DNA of 64,000 bases from Perkinsus olseni (Eukaryota), in NCBI GenBank assembly GCA_013115125.1, contig JABANN010000013.1, positions 1 through 64,000 on the forward strand. Direction: 5' to 3'. Shown in pieces: positions 33,701 through 47,288 of the stretch. How positions within the stretch are numbered: the stretch's first letter is position 1; each line of letters opens with the position of its first letter. Below the pieces are notes generated by a model, which saw nothing but the letters and a program-made list of their open reading frames with translations, was not told where the DNA came from and did no database searches. A program made the translations under genes and the position numbers.

Positions 33701-35682
33701 TGGAGTATGGCGAAAGCCAAGGGCTTCGGGAAACGGTCCTCAAATGCAGCCGAAATGGCGTACCTGAGGAAGAATGATTCGCTCGCGCCTTCCGAGCATG
33801 ATAAGAGCTAGAGAGCATTCGACACTCGAGGCAGGGCAGTGGCTAGGCCATGATTAACCTGAGGGTCGGTTAGGGTAGCAGCCAAAGGAGTTGTACGTTG
33901 ACAAAACCGGCAAAGCCGTCATCAACCACACGCCAGGGTTTCGAAAACCGTAATGCACATTCAACTGTTGTATCATACACGTACGGGCAGCATTGAGACA
34001 AAGTGTATCAGGATTCGGCGTCACCTCTGGAGCTCCGCATGCCTGGGTATGCGGAAGTTGGTCGTGTTGTCGCTGTTGAAGACTCCCAAGGATATCAGAC
34101 TATCGGCAGTGCCATTGATGGTTGCCAAAAGCTCTGCGATCATTGATTCATTCTGCATATCGATCCACACTGCTGCCGTCGGCGCCAATAGCTCCCTCAG
34201 AGCTGAAAGCGTTGGAGGCAGCGGCAGCGGGCCAGTCTGAGGAACAGCATCACACGCAATACGTGGACACTAGACCGAAGAGGTATCGACTGAAGGGCCG
34301 GCGGCCACGTACATTCTGACGCTTATGGACCCTCGGTTGCTTGCCAACAGCAGCACCACGACCATTCTTCTCTACTGCTAAGGTATCTTCCCTCGTCTCC
34401 ACCGAGGCTGCACTCTCAGCTGACTGCACCCCCTAACGGAGATCAACAAAATCGGGATCTAAACGGGGGTCTTGCAGGCTCACCTGAACCAGGAGAGAAT
34501 TGTCTTTAGCCGGCTGGGCATCCCCGACGGCGGTGGAAAACTTGGCAAAGTGACCCTGAGATGGATAACTCTAACCAATCTCTCGATATCGGTTGGGAAC
34601 TCTCTCGGCAGGACTCCCACCTGCGTAGCAAGGCCTTGCCAGCCTGTTTTGTGCCACTGGCTGGTGCCAGGGAATTGACTTGGTACTCCAGTCGTGACTG
34701 AAGGTCGCACTTTACGGGTATCTCGGCAGCACCGGCAACCTCTGGCCAGTTCCTGTAGTTGCTCAATCAGTGAATTGCCCGCCCTCTCGTCAGGGATGCG
34801 CCCCCTCTGCTGACTCATCGATACTGTACTGCGCATTGAATGGTAGAAATGGTACACCGGGCCACGATGAGAAAGGCAGGCAAGCAGGTGGCGGCCGGAG
34901 TAGTAGGACAAGCTTCGACTAGACAGAGGCGACCAGAGAGGGTGAAGATGAATGAGGAATCCGATATCGGACGGAAAAGTTGCGGCCGAAGGGCTCAACA
35001 AACCCTGCAAGATGAAAGATTTCTCGACACCAAAGTGGGTGGTCCTCCGGGCCTACCCCATTCGATAGCTTCTACGCGATTGCCGTGAGACTAATCAGCT
35101 TACCGCTCACAATTCAACAGGGGCCGATTGTCAATCGTGGTAACGAGGTACCGCAATACTGTAGGCTCCGTACCAAATTTGTAGCAACCATTGCTTTTCG
35201 ATTTTTCCTTTCACTAATCAGGGCTCAAGGTTGCGCTTTTAGTTTACAAGTATACTGATGAACACGCTTCGTCTGCGCGAACGTGGAGTTCACGGCGTGA
35301 AATCTACACGTGACTCCAACTACTCCTATCCGGAAGTGCGCCCCCCTCAGCGCGCAGCAAATTTTTAGCAACTATCTCATGATCATGCATCCTTACGCCA
35401 GTCCTCATCACCCATCACAGTGAGTGTCCTCTTTCGAAATCGACACTGCTGGAGGGCAGTCAACGATCGGCATCAATCCTTCCAACGGGGCTGAAGATCC
35501 TCAAGCGGCTAACAATGCTCGCACTACTGGGCCCGCAATGGGCCATCACGAATGTTTCCCACTGTAACCGAAGACCCCCTCCTGTCGCCACGCCCAGCCA
35601 TTGAGTAGCTCGACACTTACGGAACGAATTGGAGAAGAAACTGCCGAAACGCCAGTGGAGTACTCTTCTGCATTATTATAGA

Positions 35683-36739
35683 TCATCGGGATGAAGTGAA
35701 GCTGTCGACTCCATATAGCCCTTCGTCACGGATAATCTGCAGCACCTGAGAACCCTAGCATTTGTCGATCGCCCCAGCGCGAGGACCAGGAGCTCCGAAA
35801 GACCCGCGAGGCCATCCTCCAGGGCCCCGGGGAGATGGATGTTTACTACACACCCACTTACCTGTTTAGGGACGATGGACGCGGCCCCGAGCCAGCCAAG
35901 CTCTCGCAGCCTATTCCGCGCTGCTGTACTGCTGATGTCCGTAGTGAGGAGGGGTCGATCAACTGTAACCCGATCGGTGACCCTTACGTACTTCAATCCC
36001 TTCGGCCATTCAGACTCTGGCTTGGAGTCAGGCCTGAGTAAAACATCAAGCGGGCCGTTCGCTGATGGGCCCCGCGCACCTCGGGAGCACTATGAATTCA
36101 TTCTCTGCTATTAGCTCATCGCCATGGTCCCAGTTGGGTAATGTCGGCGGCAGATCGGTGCCGATGACAAAACGGAAAGCAATATCTGGATGGCCCTCCC
36201 GCAGGCGGCGCATCAGAAAAACCGTGGGAATGAAGGACCCATTGGCCACCTAGCAAGGTGAATGATGAATGCTCATCGATGTACTCCGCTACGCGCACCT
36301 CGATGTCGCAGCACTTTACTGGGAACTCCTCGGGTATCACCGCCTCTATGGCGGCCTGTGTCATGCGCAGGCGGGTTTTCGCATCCACCTGGGTGTCCTT
36401 GTCGGGTCTGTTGCCGCAGGGGACCACCCATGCCTCATCAGCACAACCCAGCTGGACAACCTGATGGGCATATGGACGATACAGCCGGAGGAACTCAATG
36501 GCCGTTGAAAGTAGAGGATAACCGAGAACCATGGCGACATGTCCAGTTCTCATCCAGATCTAAAGGTCTCTCCGCAGACAAGGGCACTGTCCACTGCGTA
36601 TAGAACTCCCACAGAGGGCAACACTTACTTGCGAGGCCACCATGAGATGAGCCAATGTTGGCGGATCGAATGAGCCACCGATCACGGCGACTGTCTTCCG
36701 CTTGCTAGGCGGTATTGCATCAGTCTTCACGCCAGGCAT
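35683..36739 (-). CDS. nadD: Nicotinate/nicotinamide mononucleotide adenylyltransferase (NadD-like), 5 exons
   Basis: GGSFDPPTLAHL, RLRM, FVIGTD...LPNW and DISST motifs; the final spliced exon reads VLQIIRDEGLYG...*. Confidence 0.88.
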
Positions 36740-37336
36740 GTGATGATGGGCAACTAGGTCTGCTAATACGAGATAAGCCAGTAACTTTCCCAGTCGCGGA
36801 TCATCGCTGAGTTGATTAGCCCGATGGACGATCAGCAATGTCCTCTTAAAAACTAAAAACCGTCCATCTGGGACTCAGAAGAAAGGCAGCAGCGAGATTA
36901 CTATGAACAATGCGGAGACTATTTGCTAAGCTCTCTCTTGATAAGGGAGACTGAATACTCCCACTGCAGTGCGAGTCGGGCACGACCTCAGGTACCCCGC
37001 GCCAGTGCCACCCACGGCTCACGAGGATATCATTCACACTTAATGAATTGTGAGGAGGCAACCTCAACGTACCAGCATCCCCATCTGGAGCGATAATGCG
37101 CCTAAATCGCCCTACAACAAGCAGCGGGAAACGCTTAGTCTCACCAAACACGCGAACGAGCGAACGTGCCCACTGGATCGCCTTCCTCCATTCCACCGCC
37201 CGACCACTCTCAAGCTAACACAAGCACTACCGATGTACACGAAATGATGAAGTATCAAAAAAATTACGGGCTGGAAACTCGTGGTCAAGATCAAGTAGCC
37301 CTGTTATCACCAGGAAGATCTGGGCCAACATGAACC

Positions 37337-39198
37337 TCAGAACCACACAACACGGAGAACCGCCCACAGCAAGAGAGATGACAGGAGGAGGAGGATGGCG
37401 ACCATGAAGACTCGCTTGGTCGGAGCATGGTAGCGACTCTTCGCAATCGACAGACCATCCTTAGGCGCATGAGCCGGTGGAGCCACGTCAAGACCGAGGA
37501 CCCACTTCGGTAGTAGCTCGAAGACGGTGTCGCGCAGCCACTGAGGGTAAGGGGGAGGGTCACGATGCGCGAATCTCACTCGATTGCCTCACTTCAGGTA
37601 AAAACGATAGTAGATACATCGCCTTGCTGTCAATGCCGACCCTGTAGCGATACCTATGGAACCAGCTGAGCAGGCACACAGCCGGGACTGTCGGGCAGTG
37701 CTCTGTGATTACTTTGGAGAAGGGCTGAGTAGAGCGTGTTCCATGGCTTCCGACACTTTCGACCTGTCCTTGTTGGAGAGTACACCATACAAGGAACCGG
37801 TGAGAGCCTCTCGCACCGAGTGCAGATGCCCTTCGCCTAACAACAGTCTAATTGACCCTAATCTAAGTCAATCGAATTATGATCGCGAGCTGCGCTTTTC
37901 TGTGGATCAATCAGGAATTGTAAGTAGGAGACTTCATGGCCTGTTTCCGGGGCACTCACCACACAACTTCGCCCTATCGAAGGGTCGATTAGGTAGCGAC
38001 GCCGAAGAGACTCATCGTCCATTAGCGGACGAAGTACAGCTTCGTGAACTCTGGACGACCTGCTGTAGTCCCCGGTGCCTACCGTAGGCCTTCTGTACTC
38101 CCTCTGGCAACTCGGCGTACCTTTTCGTGACGGCATCTTTAAAAGTCGCCCCGGCAGAATACAACCCAGTCATAGGGAAGATCCTGAGATTGCGTCAGTG
38201 CCTGGTCCTTCCAACCAGGCCTACTACCCTGGTTCGACGACATGCACTGTGACACCCCAAGGGTGAAGGTCTTGTCTGATGGAGTCGCTGTAACCCTCGA
38301 CAGCGTACTTGGTCGCGACATAGGTACCGACTGAACACCGAGGGAGGAGTGACGCTATGGCCATGGGGCGTTCGCTCACGGCATGGGAAAGCAAACCCTC
38401 CTGCTAAGCTAGCCACGTTGACTATGCGGCCCTGGGCTTGTCTGATGAGATCGACAACGGACTTCATCACACTCGACATGCCGATAACGTTCACTTCCAG
38501 CATCTTGCGGAATAGAGCCGTCGAGCTCTGACACATCAACAGCGCATCAGAGAAGAGCCGAGGGCGCGGGCCGGTACCCTATACTGCTAACTACGGAGAT
38601 GAACGGAGCTCGCCGACTCGAATTTGACGGTAATGGGCGGGTAGTACGTCACAAACTGCGAATGGACAGGCTCCTCTCACTCCCGTAATAACAACGACGT
38701 TACGGGGATCGCAGCGGACTCCGGAGGACCTGGCGCATGACCCGAATCACCGAACTCACCCATTCTGCAGGCCCTGCGTCTATCAATATACCAGCGTTGT
38801 TGACCAGACCATCTAAACGGTCGGTTAGTCCCTTGATGGCTTCTGCTGCTTTGTAGACGCTCGCCTCATCGGTGACGTCTAACAGAATCGCCACCACACG
38901 CCCCTTCCCTTGGCCTACAGCAAGGAGTGCTCACGACGGCCGGTCGGCTCCATTGCTACCAGGAGAGAACTCCTTTTCGATGTCATCGACAGACTGCTTC
39001 AACAGGCAGCCCGCGAAGACTTGGTGACCCTTCTCGTACAGGCGGCTGACGAGGTCTCTACCGAAGCCGCTGTCGCACCTGCATTGACCCACGAGCCGTC
39101 CATAAACGAGTTGGCAGTCGATAGACAGTCCGTCGATCGCTGACTGAGTTAATGAAATCGTTATCCTCTTACTACCCGGTGATGTAGAAGCTAGGCAT
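37337..39198 (-). CDS. Short-chain dehydrogenase/reductase (RDH/BDH-like), copy 1, multi-exon, C-terminal TM segment
   Basis: Spliced ITGCDSGFG, LVNNAGI, GRIVNVAS, YxxxK motif (ATKYAVEGYSD) and VHVVEPG. Confidence 0.85.
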
Positions 39199-39677
39199 GA
39201 TGAGTAGGAGAAACGCAGGGGCTAACACCGGTAGTATCCTCTGGCCGGCTCGCGACAGAATTCTGGCAGAGATCCTTTGCTTCCATGGCAGAGGACCAAG
39301 GTATACGATGACAACGCTTAACGCGTCCCCGTCGGGACTAGCGTCAAGGGGCAGCGCACTACCCCCAGGAAACTTGGAGTTGAGTGGTCTCAGACAAGCA
39401 TAAGGTCGAGTCCACAATACTCTCAATCCTCTCGAAGTTGAAGTGCCGATTTCGGAAGCGCAGCAGCGGCAAACAATAGTATGCAGCGCCACGGTATCCA
39501 GGGACGGCCGCTGTACCAAGCAAGATTGACTGCCCACCTTGCCCAGTCACTAGAACAACGAGACCTGTCGTGAGCAGAAGACGATGAGTAGGCCATCGGA
39601 AGACCTTGTGTAATATTGACCATGGAAAGCTCTACGAGGTTTTCTCCACGAGAGCGAAAGCAAAAGAAATATCCTTT

Positions 39678-41653
39678 TCACATCGACATAGGACAACAAA
39701 GCGCCAATAACATAATAATTGGCAAAAGAATAATTCCAATGATGAAGATAAGTTTGGTTGGAGCAGCGTAGCGGCCCTTCGCCATCGATAGGCCGTCCTT
39801 AGGGGCGTTGACTGGTGGCACCGCCTCAACGCGAAAGAGCCAGTTCTGCAGGAACTCATTGACCATGTCCCTCACCCACTGAGGGGAGGGATGGGTACGG
39901 TTGATGAGGTCTACTTTGGCAACTCACCTCTGGTAGAAATGACAGAAGGTACATCGTTCTGCAGTCCAAGCCAACTCGATAACGATACCTGCAAGATCGG
40001 CGGGAACTGAGACGTAGTGCAAGACAATGCTTACTTGGGATAAGGGCTAAGCAGTGCGTGCTCCATGGCCTCGGACACTTTGGATCTGTCCTTGTTAGAG
40101 AGGAAGCCATACAGCCCTTCAGTGAGGGTGTCGGTAACCGACTTCAAGTACGCTTCACCTAACAACGAGCGGCGCGTGAAGCCGTGTATTCTCGTCTAGT
40201 GTCCGATACTCGCATCCTACGGCCTGCCGGCTATGGTTGAGAAAAGCTGCGGGATGACCAAACTTATGACTGCGTCGCCGGAGCAATCACCGCACAGTGC
40301 CCAATATGGCGAGTCCACATCTTAGCAGTATCGAAACCTTTGACGCCCTTCACCGTATGCCCCGACCGCGGCCCATAGTCCGAATCTTCAAAGCTCTGTC
40401 GAGGTTAACCCGTACGGTTTGCCCTTCAAATGCGCTGACGATGGAGACTCTCTCGATTCTCACCGTAGACCTCCTGCGTCTCCCTCGACAACTCGGCATA
40501 CCTTCCCGTGATACCGTCTTGGAAAACCGCCCCATCAGAATACAACCCAGTCATTGGAAATATCCTGAGACACACCGCCACCCAGCAGTCATTCCGTTGG
40601 CCACCCCCCTCCCCCTCCAGGCAGGCCTACTACCCTGGTTCGACGACGTGCACCGTGACACCCCAAGGGTGAAGGTCTTGCCTGATGGAATCACTGTAAC
40701 CCTCGACAGCGTACTTGGTCGCACCATAGGTACCGACTGAACAACGAGAGAGACGTTGAGGATAGTATGGTCGTAAGGCTGAGGTTCGACCAAGAGCATT
40801 CCCTTACGGTAAGGGAAAGAGAAGTGCCCAACGATGCTCGCCACGTTGACTATGCGGCCCTGGGCTTGTCTGATGAGATCGACAACGGACTTCATCACAC
40901 TCGACATGCCGATCACGTTCACTTCCAGCATCTTGCGGAATGATGCTGTTGAACTCTGAGGAAGCAACACCGTGAAGTGTCGACGAAAAGGCAGTTCTGC
41001 AAACGAAGGCCGGACGCCTACCACACTAGACGACCTTTCGTCTCGAGAACAGGGATACCCTATCCCCAATCAACACTGTCAGTCACTGTTATAACCAGCA
41101 AAAACGACAAGCACAAACGCTTCGAAGCACGAGTTATCCGCTGAGCTATTCTGCAATGGGGTGCCAAGATTGAGGGGACGACAGACCGACACCAGACGGG
41201 ATTATCGAACTCACCCATTCTGCAGGCCCTGCGTCTATCAATATACCAGCGTTGTTGACAAGACCATCTAAACGGTCGGTTAGTCCCTTGATGGTTTCTG
41301 CTGCTTTGTAGACGCTCGCCTCATCGGTGACGTCTAACAGAATCGCAACTACACGCCCCTTCCCTTGGCCTACAGCAAGAAGTGCTCACGACGGCTGGTC
41401 GGCTCCATTCCTACCAGGAGGGAACTTCTTTTCGATGTCGTCGATAGACTGCTTCAACAAGCAGCCCGCGAAGACTTGGTGACCCTTCTCGTACAGGCGG
41501 CTGACCAGGTCTCTACCGAAGCCGCTGTCGCACCTGCATTGACCCACGAGCCGTCCATAAACGAGTTGGCAGTCGATAGACAGTCCGTCGATCGCTGACT
41601 GAGTTAATGAAATCGTTATCCTCTTACTACCCGGTGATGTAGAAGCTAGGCAT
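39678..41653 (-). CDS. Short-chain dehydrogenase/reductase (RDH/BDH-like), copy 2
   Basis: Same motifs and intron positions as copy 1 (YGATKYAVEGY). Ends in a hydrophobic tail, FIIGIILLPIIMLLALCC. Confidence 0.85.
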
Positions 41654-41859
41654 GATGAGCCAACTGGAAAGAGACCAGAAGCGGAGAAAATCACCCAATC
41701 TCTCCCACAGCTTGAAATTCCCATCGGCTGCCCCAGCGAGGCCCCATACACCGCAAAGCTAGGACATGAGTATGGAAAGCATGAACTGGTCATGAATGTT
41801 AACACCAACAGACGACGACGTTGATGTTGTTCAATGGACGGCAGCAGAAGACAGCAACT

Positions 41860-44800
41860 CTAATTTCGAGATAAATCGGGCGGATCGATGTACAGGAGCA
41901 AAGGGGGGAACACTTGCAGCGCCAGCACCGCGAGGAGTACTTGGATGGCCCGGAGGATCCGCACCTTCGCTCGGGATTTGACCGCCTCCCAATCGATGTC
42001 GCCTCCGTCGCTCGAGATCACCGAATCTCTATCATCGTCAGATTTGTCCCAGGAAGTAGTGACGACAGTGATGACTGCCGCTTGTGGTAGCGGCTCCACT
42101 TCGTTCGTGGACTCTGCTTCAGGAGAGCTACGCAGCAAGCTCACTGCACTCTCAGGTGAACATGGCTTCACCGCATCATCCCTCGGGCAGGGAGCATATT
42201 GCGTAGCCGAGAAATCCTGCAAGACCTCCTCGAGGTCGCCAGACGGCACAGAGAGATCGCCGCCAATCTCTGAAGGACGCTGTTTCAAGTCATCTCGGAC
42301 GATTCCCCAATCGCTGTCATCCGTAGCGTCGCATGGGCGCTCACCACCAACTAGCAGGGACGTTGGTGGACCAGGCCTTCCTTGCGGTAACGAGAGTGTC
42401 GAGACGGGACTGCTGTCCTCCATCGCTACATCATCACTGCGGCTACTGGTCACATTCCCCTCACCCTTCGAATCAAAGCTCCTCTCCACCACTCCAACCG
42501 GTGGTCCACTCTCAGCATGGGCATGCTCGTCCAGCCTGCCGCTGGGCATCTCGAAACTGCTTGTCTCCACAATGGTCGCCTCACCGTTCGAGTTTTGACA
42601 CCCGACGGAATGCTGTTCGTCTGCTCCGGAAGGGACCATAGCAGACGATGGCTGGCAAGCCTCCTCCACTGAAGCCACTGCCCTCCGAACCTCCTCCTCA
42701 ACGCTCCCTTCAGCATCCCACCCCACAGGATCCACTCCCTCTGCTTCTATCAGGGGGCCTTCGGGAGGCTCCTTTTCTCTTTCTGTGATGCCCTCGCTGG
42801 AATCCTCGCAGTCATCAAGGCACCACCGCAACGACCTCCCCGCCGGAACCTCATAGGTTCCCTCGCTCGCTCGCCGTGCCCTTCCAAGTACCGCCATTCC
42901 CACCGATGGATGTCTCTTCGCAGCAACCGACGCGGCCCGAGGCCTTGTCGGCTGCGTTGTCTGAGACAGTAAAGGGGGGACCAGCAGCTGGTCACCAGCT
43001 ACGCTGCTCGACCTCAATAGCACCTTCTCCTTGAGAGCCTCAACTACAGGAAGGTCCTCGGCTGGCACAATCACCGGCATGCTGCCATCGTTCGAGATAG
43101 CAAAGGACAGAAGGTGATGATTACGGTTGCCACTGCCGCTTCCGGGCTCTCCGCTACCACCTGTGAAGTGATGAGGACAGTATCATGGCATCTCCTCCTC
43201 TCTGCTCACCCTTGGTCGAGGCCTTATCGCTTCCTTCCACCACAGACGCGCTGCCGCCTGCCACAAGTCAGTCTTGAGCGACCAAGTGCCTCCGACGCAC
43301 AGGCCCAAGCCGAGTCGAGTATCCAGAAATTGAACCGGGCTATGATGAGCGAACTCACCTGCAGTATCCTCACTACTATTCCCTCCGCTACTCGGGCTGC
43401 CCCAGAAGTCCTTCTCGGTTTCCCAAGCTAACTTGTCAGCTACCGTCTCGACCTTGGATTCCCTAGGCGACACCGCCTCGCTATTCTCCGAGCCTAGGAG
43501 GTCCACTATCTTCGGCATCAAAAAGGTGCCCAACTGCCCTTGCGTTCTCTGGTTACTCAACAAAACAGCAACATCCTCACAACGTGAGTCACACATCAAA
43601 GTAAATTATCAGGCTCCATGTAAAGTCGTGCGGCTCTCTTGTAGGCAGTATTGAAGGCAACTACGGCAGCGGGTAACCTCGGATGCCTGAGGAACGTCAG
43701 TGAGGATCACCGAAGGGTCTCGAGGCGTAGGTAGTCGGGTGGTACGTCGAAAGATCAGTAGGTATGTGCTCCAACGTGCTCTTCATCGACAACAGCACGT
43801 CGAGAAGCTGATCGAATCGTCTCAGCAACCCGGCAGTGAGGTTGTCGGCTCGATGGGCCTGACAGCACTGCCTCGTGCATCACGAATTCCACCAAGCATT
43901 TCCCACCCCAACGGACGACTGTGCTAGGCTTCCGCGTTTCCCCTGTGTCCCTCGACTTGCGATATGCCCGACAGCCTTGAGCGCGTATTCCTGATAGGTT
44001 TCCGTCGATGGGAAGAGACTGCTGCTCAACCTCACTTCAAGAGCACTTCGCTTCCGACAGCAACCGATGAGGTCCACTCCGGCGGAGCGAAGCTGGGTAA
44101 AATCGGCCTGGGACAATCCCGCCAGGGACGTGACGAGGCGCTGAGGATAGCTGCCAATATCGCACTCCAACTGGGATGCGTCCCCGCTACCGAATCCTGT
44201 GGGCTCATCAGTGGTGAGCAGCACAACGCTTTTGCAATGAAGGCAGGCTGTCCCGATTGGCTCCACACCGAGCCTGTAGACATCGGCCGATCCAGCGGAG
44301 CTACGGCAACGTCGCAGCATTCCTCGGCTATGGTGTGGGCCAGACCTGTCAATTCATATAGGACAAAAGGCGGGCAGGAACTGCTTCGCTCCGCTCACGA
44401 ATTTCATCCTGATCTGCAGGAGTGATGGTTCCTCGAAGACGACCTTGCACGTGCCTGACACCACCGTTCGCCTTAATAAAATGTCACCGAGACCCAGCCC
44501 ACTCTGCCAGTAGTAGGAGCACCGGGTCGAAGATAAGGCATCTGTCTACCGCTGGCACCAGGACGGCCGTTAGCCTTGGCAAGGCGCTGCAGATGGCCTA
44601 AGAAACCTGGGTTCGAGCCTTTCCTCCAGCTCAGGAGAAAGAAAGCTGCCGCCAGAAAGTCACTAACCTCCAGCATCATAACTGAATTGACTTTCTGTTT
44701 CTCACTCCTCGGATGTGGCAAGACTCGTTCCCGTCCTGAAACACCACACCCTACTGGGCGGTCGAATAGTGTTTGCCGGTTTACCCCTAGACCTCAGGAA

Positions 44801-45870
44801 CGGCTCGACTGCCAGAAGGACGTCAACGAGAGGCTGGAAGGACGCTACTATGTGAGACTCTTCTTCGTATCTGATGGGAATGAGGGACAGAGGATAGGCC
44901 GCCGCTGTTGACGGGCAGCCTACAGCCAGGTCTTCTCGAACTCGACCCAGGCTTGCCACATCTCCGAAATACATTTGACGGCAATTTTGGACGTGTTCCC
45001 GGACACGTACGCAGCCAGGGGGCCCCGAACCTCATTATACCTGCGTTACATCACCTACAGCCCGGAACAACAACAGTGGCCAACTACTTCACCAGGAGCC
45101 GGTTCCGCAGCAGGAGCAGTTGGGGGTCGCGAGACTGGACGAGTCCGTTGATAACCTGGGGGACAGTATTGTGCCGAATCGGCACTGCCGATTGCGGGAT
45201 TCCCGTATTAATATCGTTTTTCCACTATTATCGGTTCCCGGGTACAGCGTGTCGAAGCGGAACACGAGTGAGCCCGCGCGTGAGCATCCGTTGACTGACC
45301 TCGGAGTCCTCCATTGCTATCGCAGCTCGCAGTACATCAGGAACGAGAAGCCTAGGCTGATCAGGGGCGTTCTCAGAGAACAGGGCCTAGGTTAATTGAG
45401 TGATCCTGATACCAGACCTCGGAGACCCCACCTTGAAGCGCAACGGAATGCTGTCCCGACCGGTGAAGGCAGGGGATGTCTCCAGAGGCACATTTTGGTC
45501 GATGACATACCTGCAGGATCACCTTTCATGGCTGATCGGCTCACTGGGGGCAGCCGTTACCTTTCGAGATTGATCAGACTTTCTTCTAGCGAGTCTAGAT
45601 GTTTCGACTCCCCAAGCTCTCGTCTCAATGCTAAGCACGACAGGCCGGCAGGGAGGGTGGGGGCAGCAGAAGTAGATGCAGAAGGCATGTAAGAGAACAC
45701 TCCTGCCTCGAGCATTGACACAACGCTTCACTAACATCGGGGTTGCTCGGTAGTGTTCTCCTGAGCTCCAGTAGCGCTCCCGGGGTCGATTCAAAAGCAC
45801 GGGAGAGTCTATCGAATACCGACAGGGAATCTTGCGCAGTTGCAATGCGAGAGAAGCGTTGGTACATTCG
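41860..45870 (-). CDS. Hypothetical multi-exon protein with a long acidic region and a C-terminal TM anchor
   Basis: A series of minus-strand ORF fragments bounded by splice-like signals, ending in a 406-aa exon with ILRAIQVLLAVLALQVFPPLLLY. The 5' boundary is uncertain. Confidence 0.4.
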
Positions 45871-46250
45871 CTACTGGCGAGAGCAGCGCCCGGCACCCGA
45901 CCTGCCCATCCGCCCTGTCTGGTTCTTGTAGTCGTAGTAGCTACTGTAGTAGTATCGCCGACAGTCCACTGACAGCTGCATGGGAATCAACGTCGATTCC
46001 TCAGAGTCCGCAGGTTCATTCTGGTTTCGATAATCATCCTACTTCCCTCCTCTTTTACAATCATATCAGGGCTGAAGCTACGGTCAATATCATAAGGAAC
46101 CTACCCCACAAGTCGTCGATGACCAAGCTGATGACCCGGCCGAGGATGCGCGTATCTCTCGCTCGCCCTGGTAATCGATAGCTAATTTCGTCACGTAAGG
46201 CCGGGTGCGAAGTCCACCACGAGTGAAGACAACATCACCCTGTCGACACC

Positions 46251-47102
46251 ATGAGCAAGCTCTCTATCGACAACCTGAAGACTGCTATTGCCGCCATCCT
46301 GGAGGCCTCCCAGGAGAAGCCCAGGAACTTCTTGGAGACTGTTGAGCTCCAGGTAGTACTACCCTTAGGGAGCGCAGGCGCATGGGAGAGGGGAGGGAGG
46401 GGCGAATGATGCTTTCAGAAACTTGAATGCCGATGCTTACCGTTGGTAGAGCGCATGCTGGATAAAATCTCACTGACGTTCTTCTCTCTTTACCATCTTG
46501 TGGCTCGGGTCGCCTGAGGTTGACATTACTATTATCGTTTTCACTTTCAGGTCGGACTCAAGGATTACGATACCCAGCGTGACAAGCGTTTCTCCGGTAC
46601 CGTGAAGCTTCCCCACGTTCCCCGCCCCAACATGAAGATCTGCGTCTTGGGTGACGCCGTCCACTGTGACGAGGCCGCCAAGATCGGCGTTGAGTTCATG
46701 AGCGTTGATGATCTAAAGAAGCTCAACAAGAACAAGAAGCTCGTGAAGAAGCTCGCCAACAAGTACGACGCCTTCCTGGCTTCCCAGGTGTTGATCCCCC
46801 AGATCCCCCGTTTATTGGGACCTGGTCTTAACAAGGCCGGTAAGTTCCCTACCCTCATCACCCATAACGACGATATGTCCAAGAAGATCCTTGACATGAA
46901 GTCCAACGTTAAGTTCCAGCTTAAGAAGGTCCTCTGCATGGGTGTTGCCATCGGTAACGTTGGCATGACCGCTGACGAGCTCAAGCAGAACTCTTTGATG
47001 AGTATCAACTTCCTCGTCTCTCTTCTTAAGAAGAACTGGAACAACGTGAAGACTCTTCACATCAAGTCTACTATGGGCCCCGTCCAGCGTATCTACGGTT
47101 AA
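46251..47102 (+). CDS. RPL10A: 60S ribosomal protein L10a (uL1), one intron at 46353-46550
   Basis: MSKLSIDNL...[10 protein letters not shown] / [21 protein letters not shown]...[12 protein letters not shown]...[12 protein letters not shown]; strong codon bias. Confidence 0.97.
46401..46480 (+). ncRNA. Intronic box C/D snoRNA
   Basis: Box C-like ATGATG at 46406, D' CCGA at 46430-46433, D CTGA at 46473-46476, and complementary flanks. The 15-nt guide TCAGAAACTTGAATG is antisense to CATTCAAGTTTCTGA, recalled from alveolate 18S rRNA. Confidence 0.75.
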
Positions 47103-47288
47103 GCTGTGATGGTGAGCCTTGCTGGGTGATTATCCTAACGGGTTATTAGCAGTCTTCGGTGCACCAGTCACTGAGGCCTCGATGGCCCTATACTGGGAGA
47201 TGTTTGTTCGTCACCAGACCGAAGAACTTTGATGATTTGCGTTGTTAAACTGCGTCTTACTTGTCGGGAATGATGAACCTCCTGTGAG

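Noticed and set aside
35345-35415. Minus-strand GTGATGA...CTGA, a possible box C/D snoRNA
   Set aside because: No terminal stem and only an interrupted match to rRNA.
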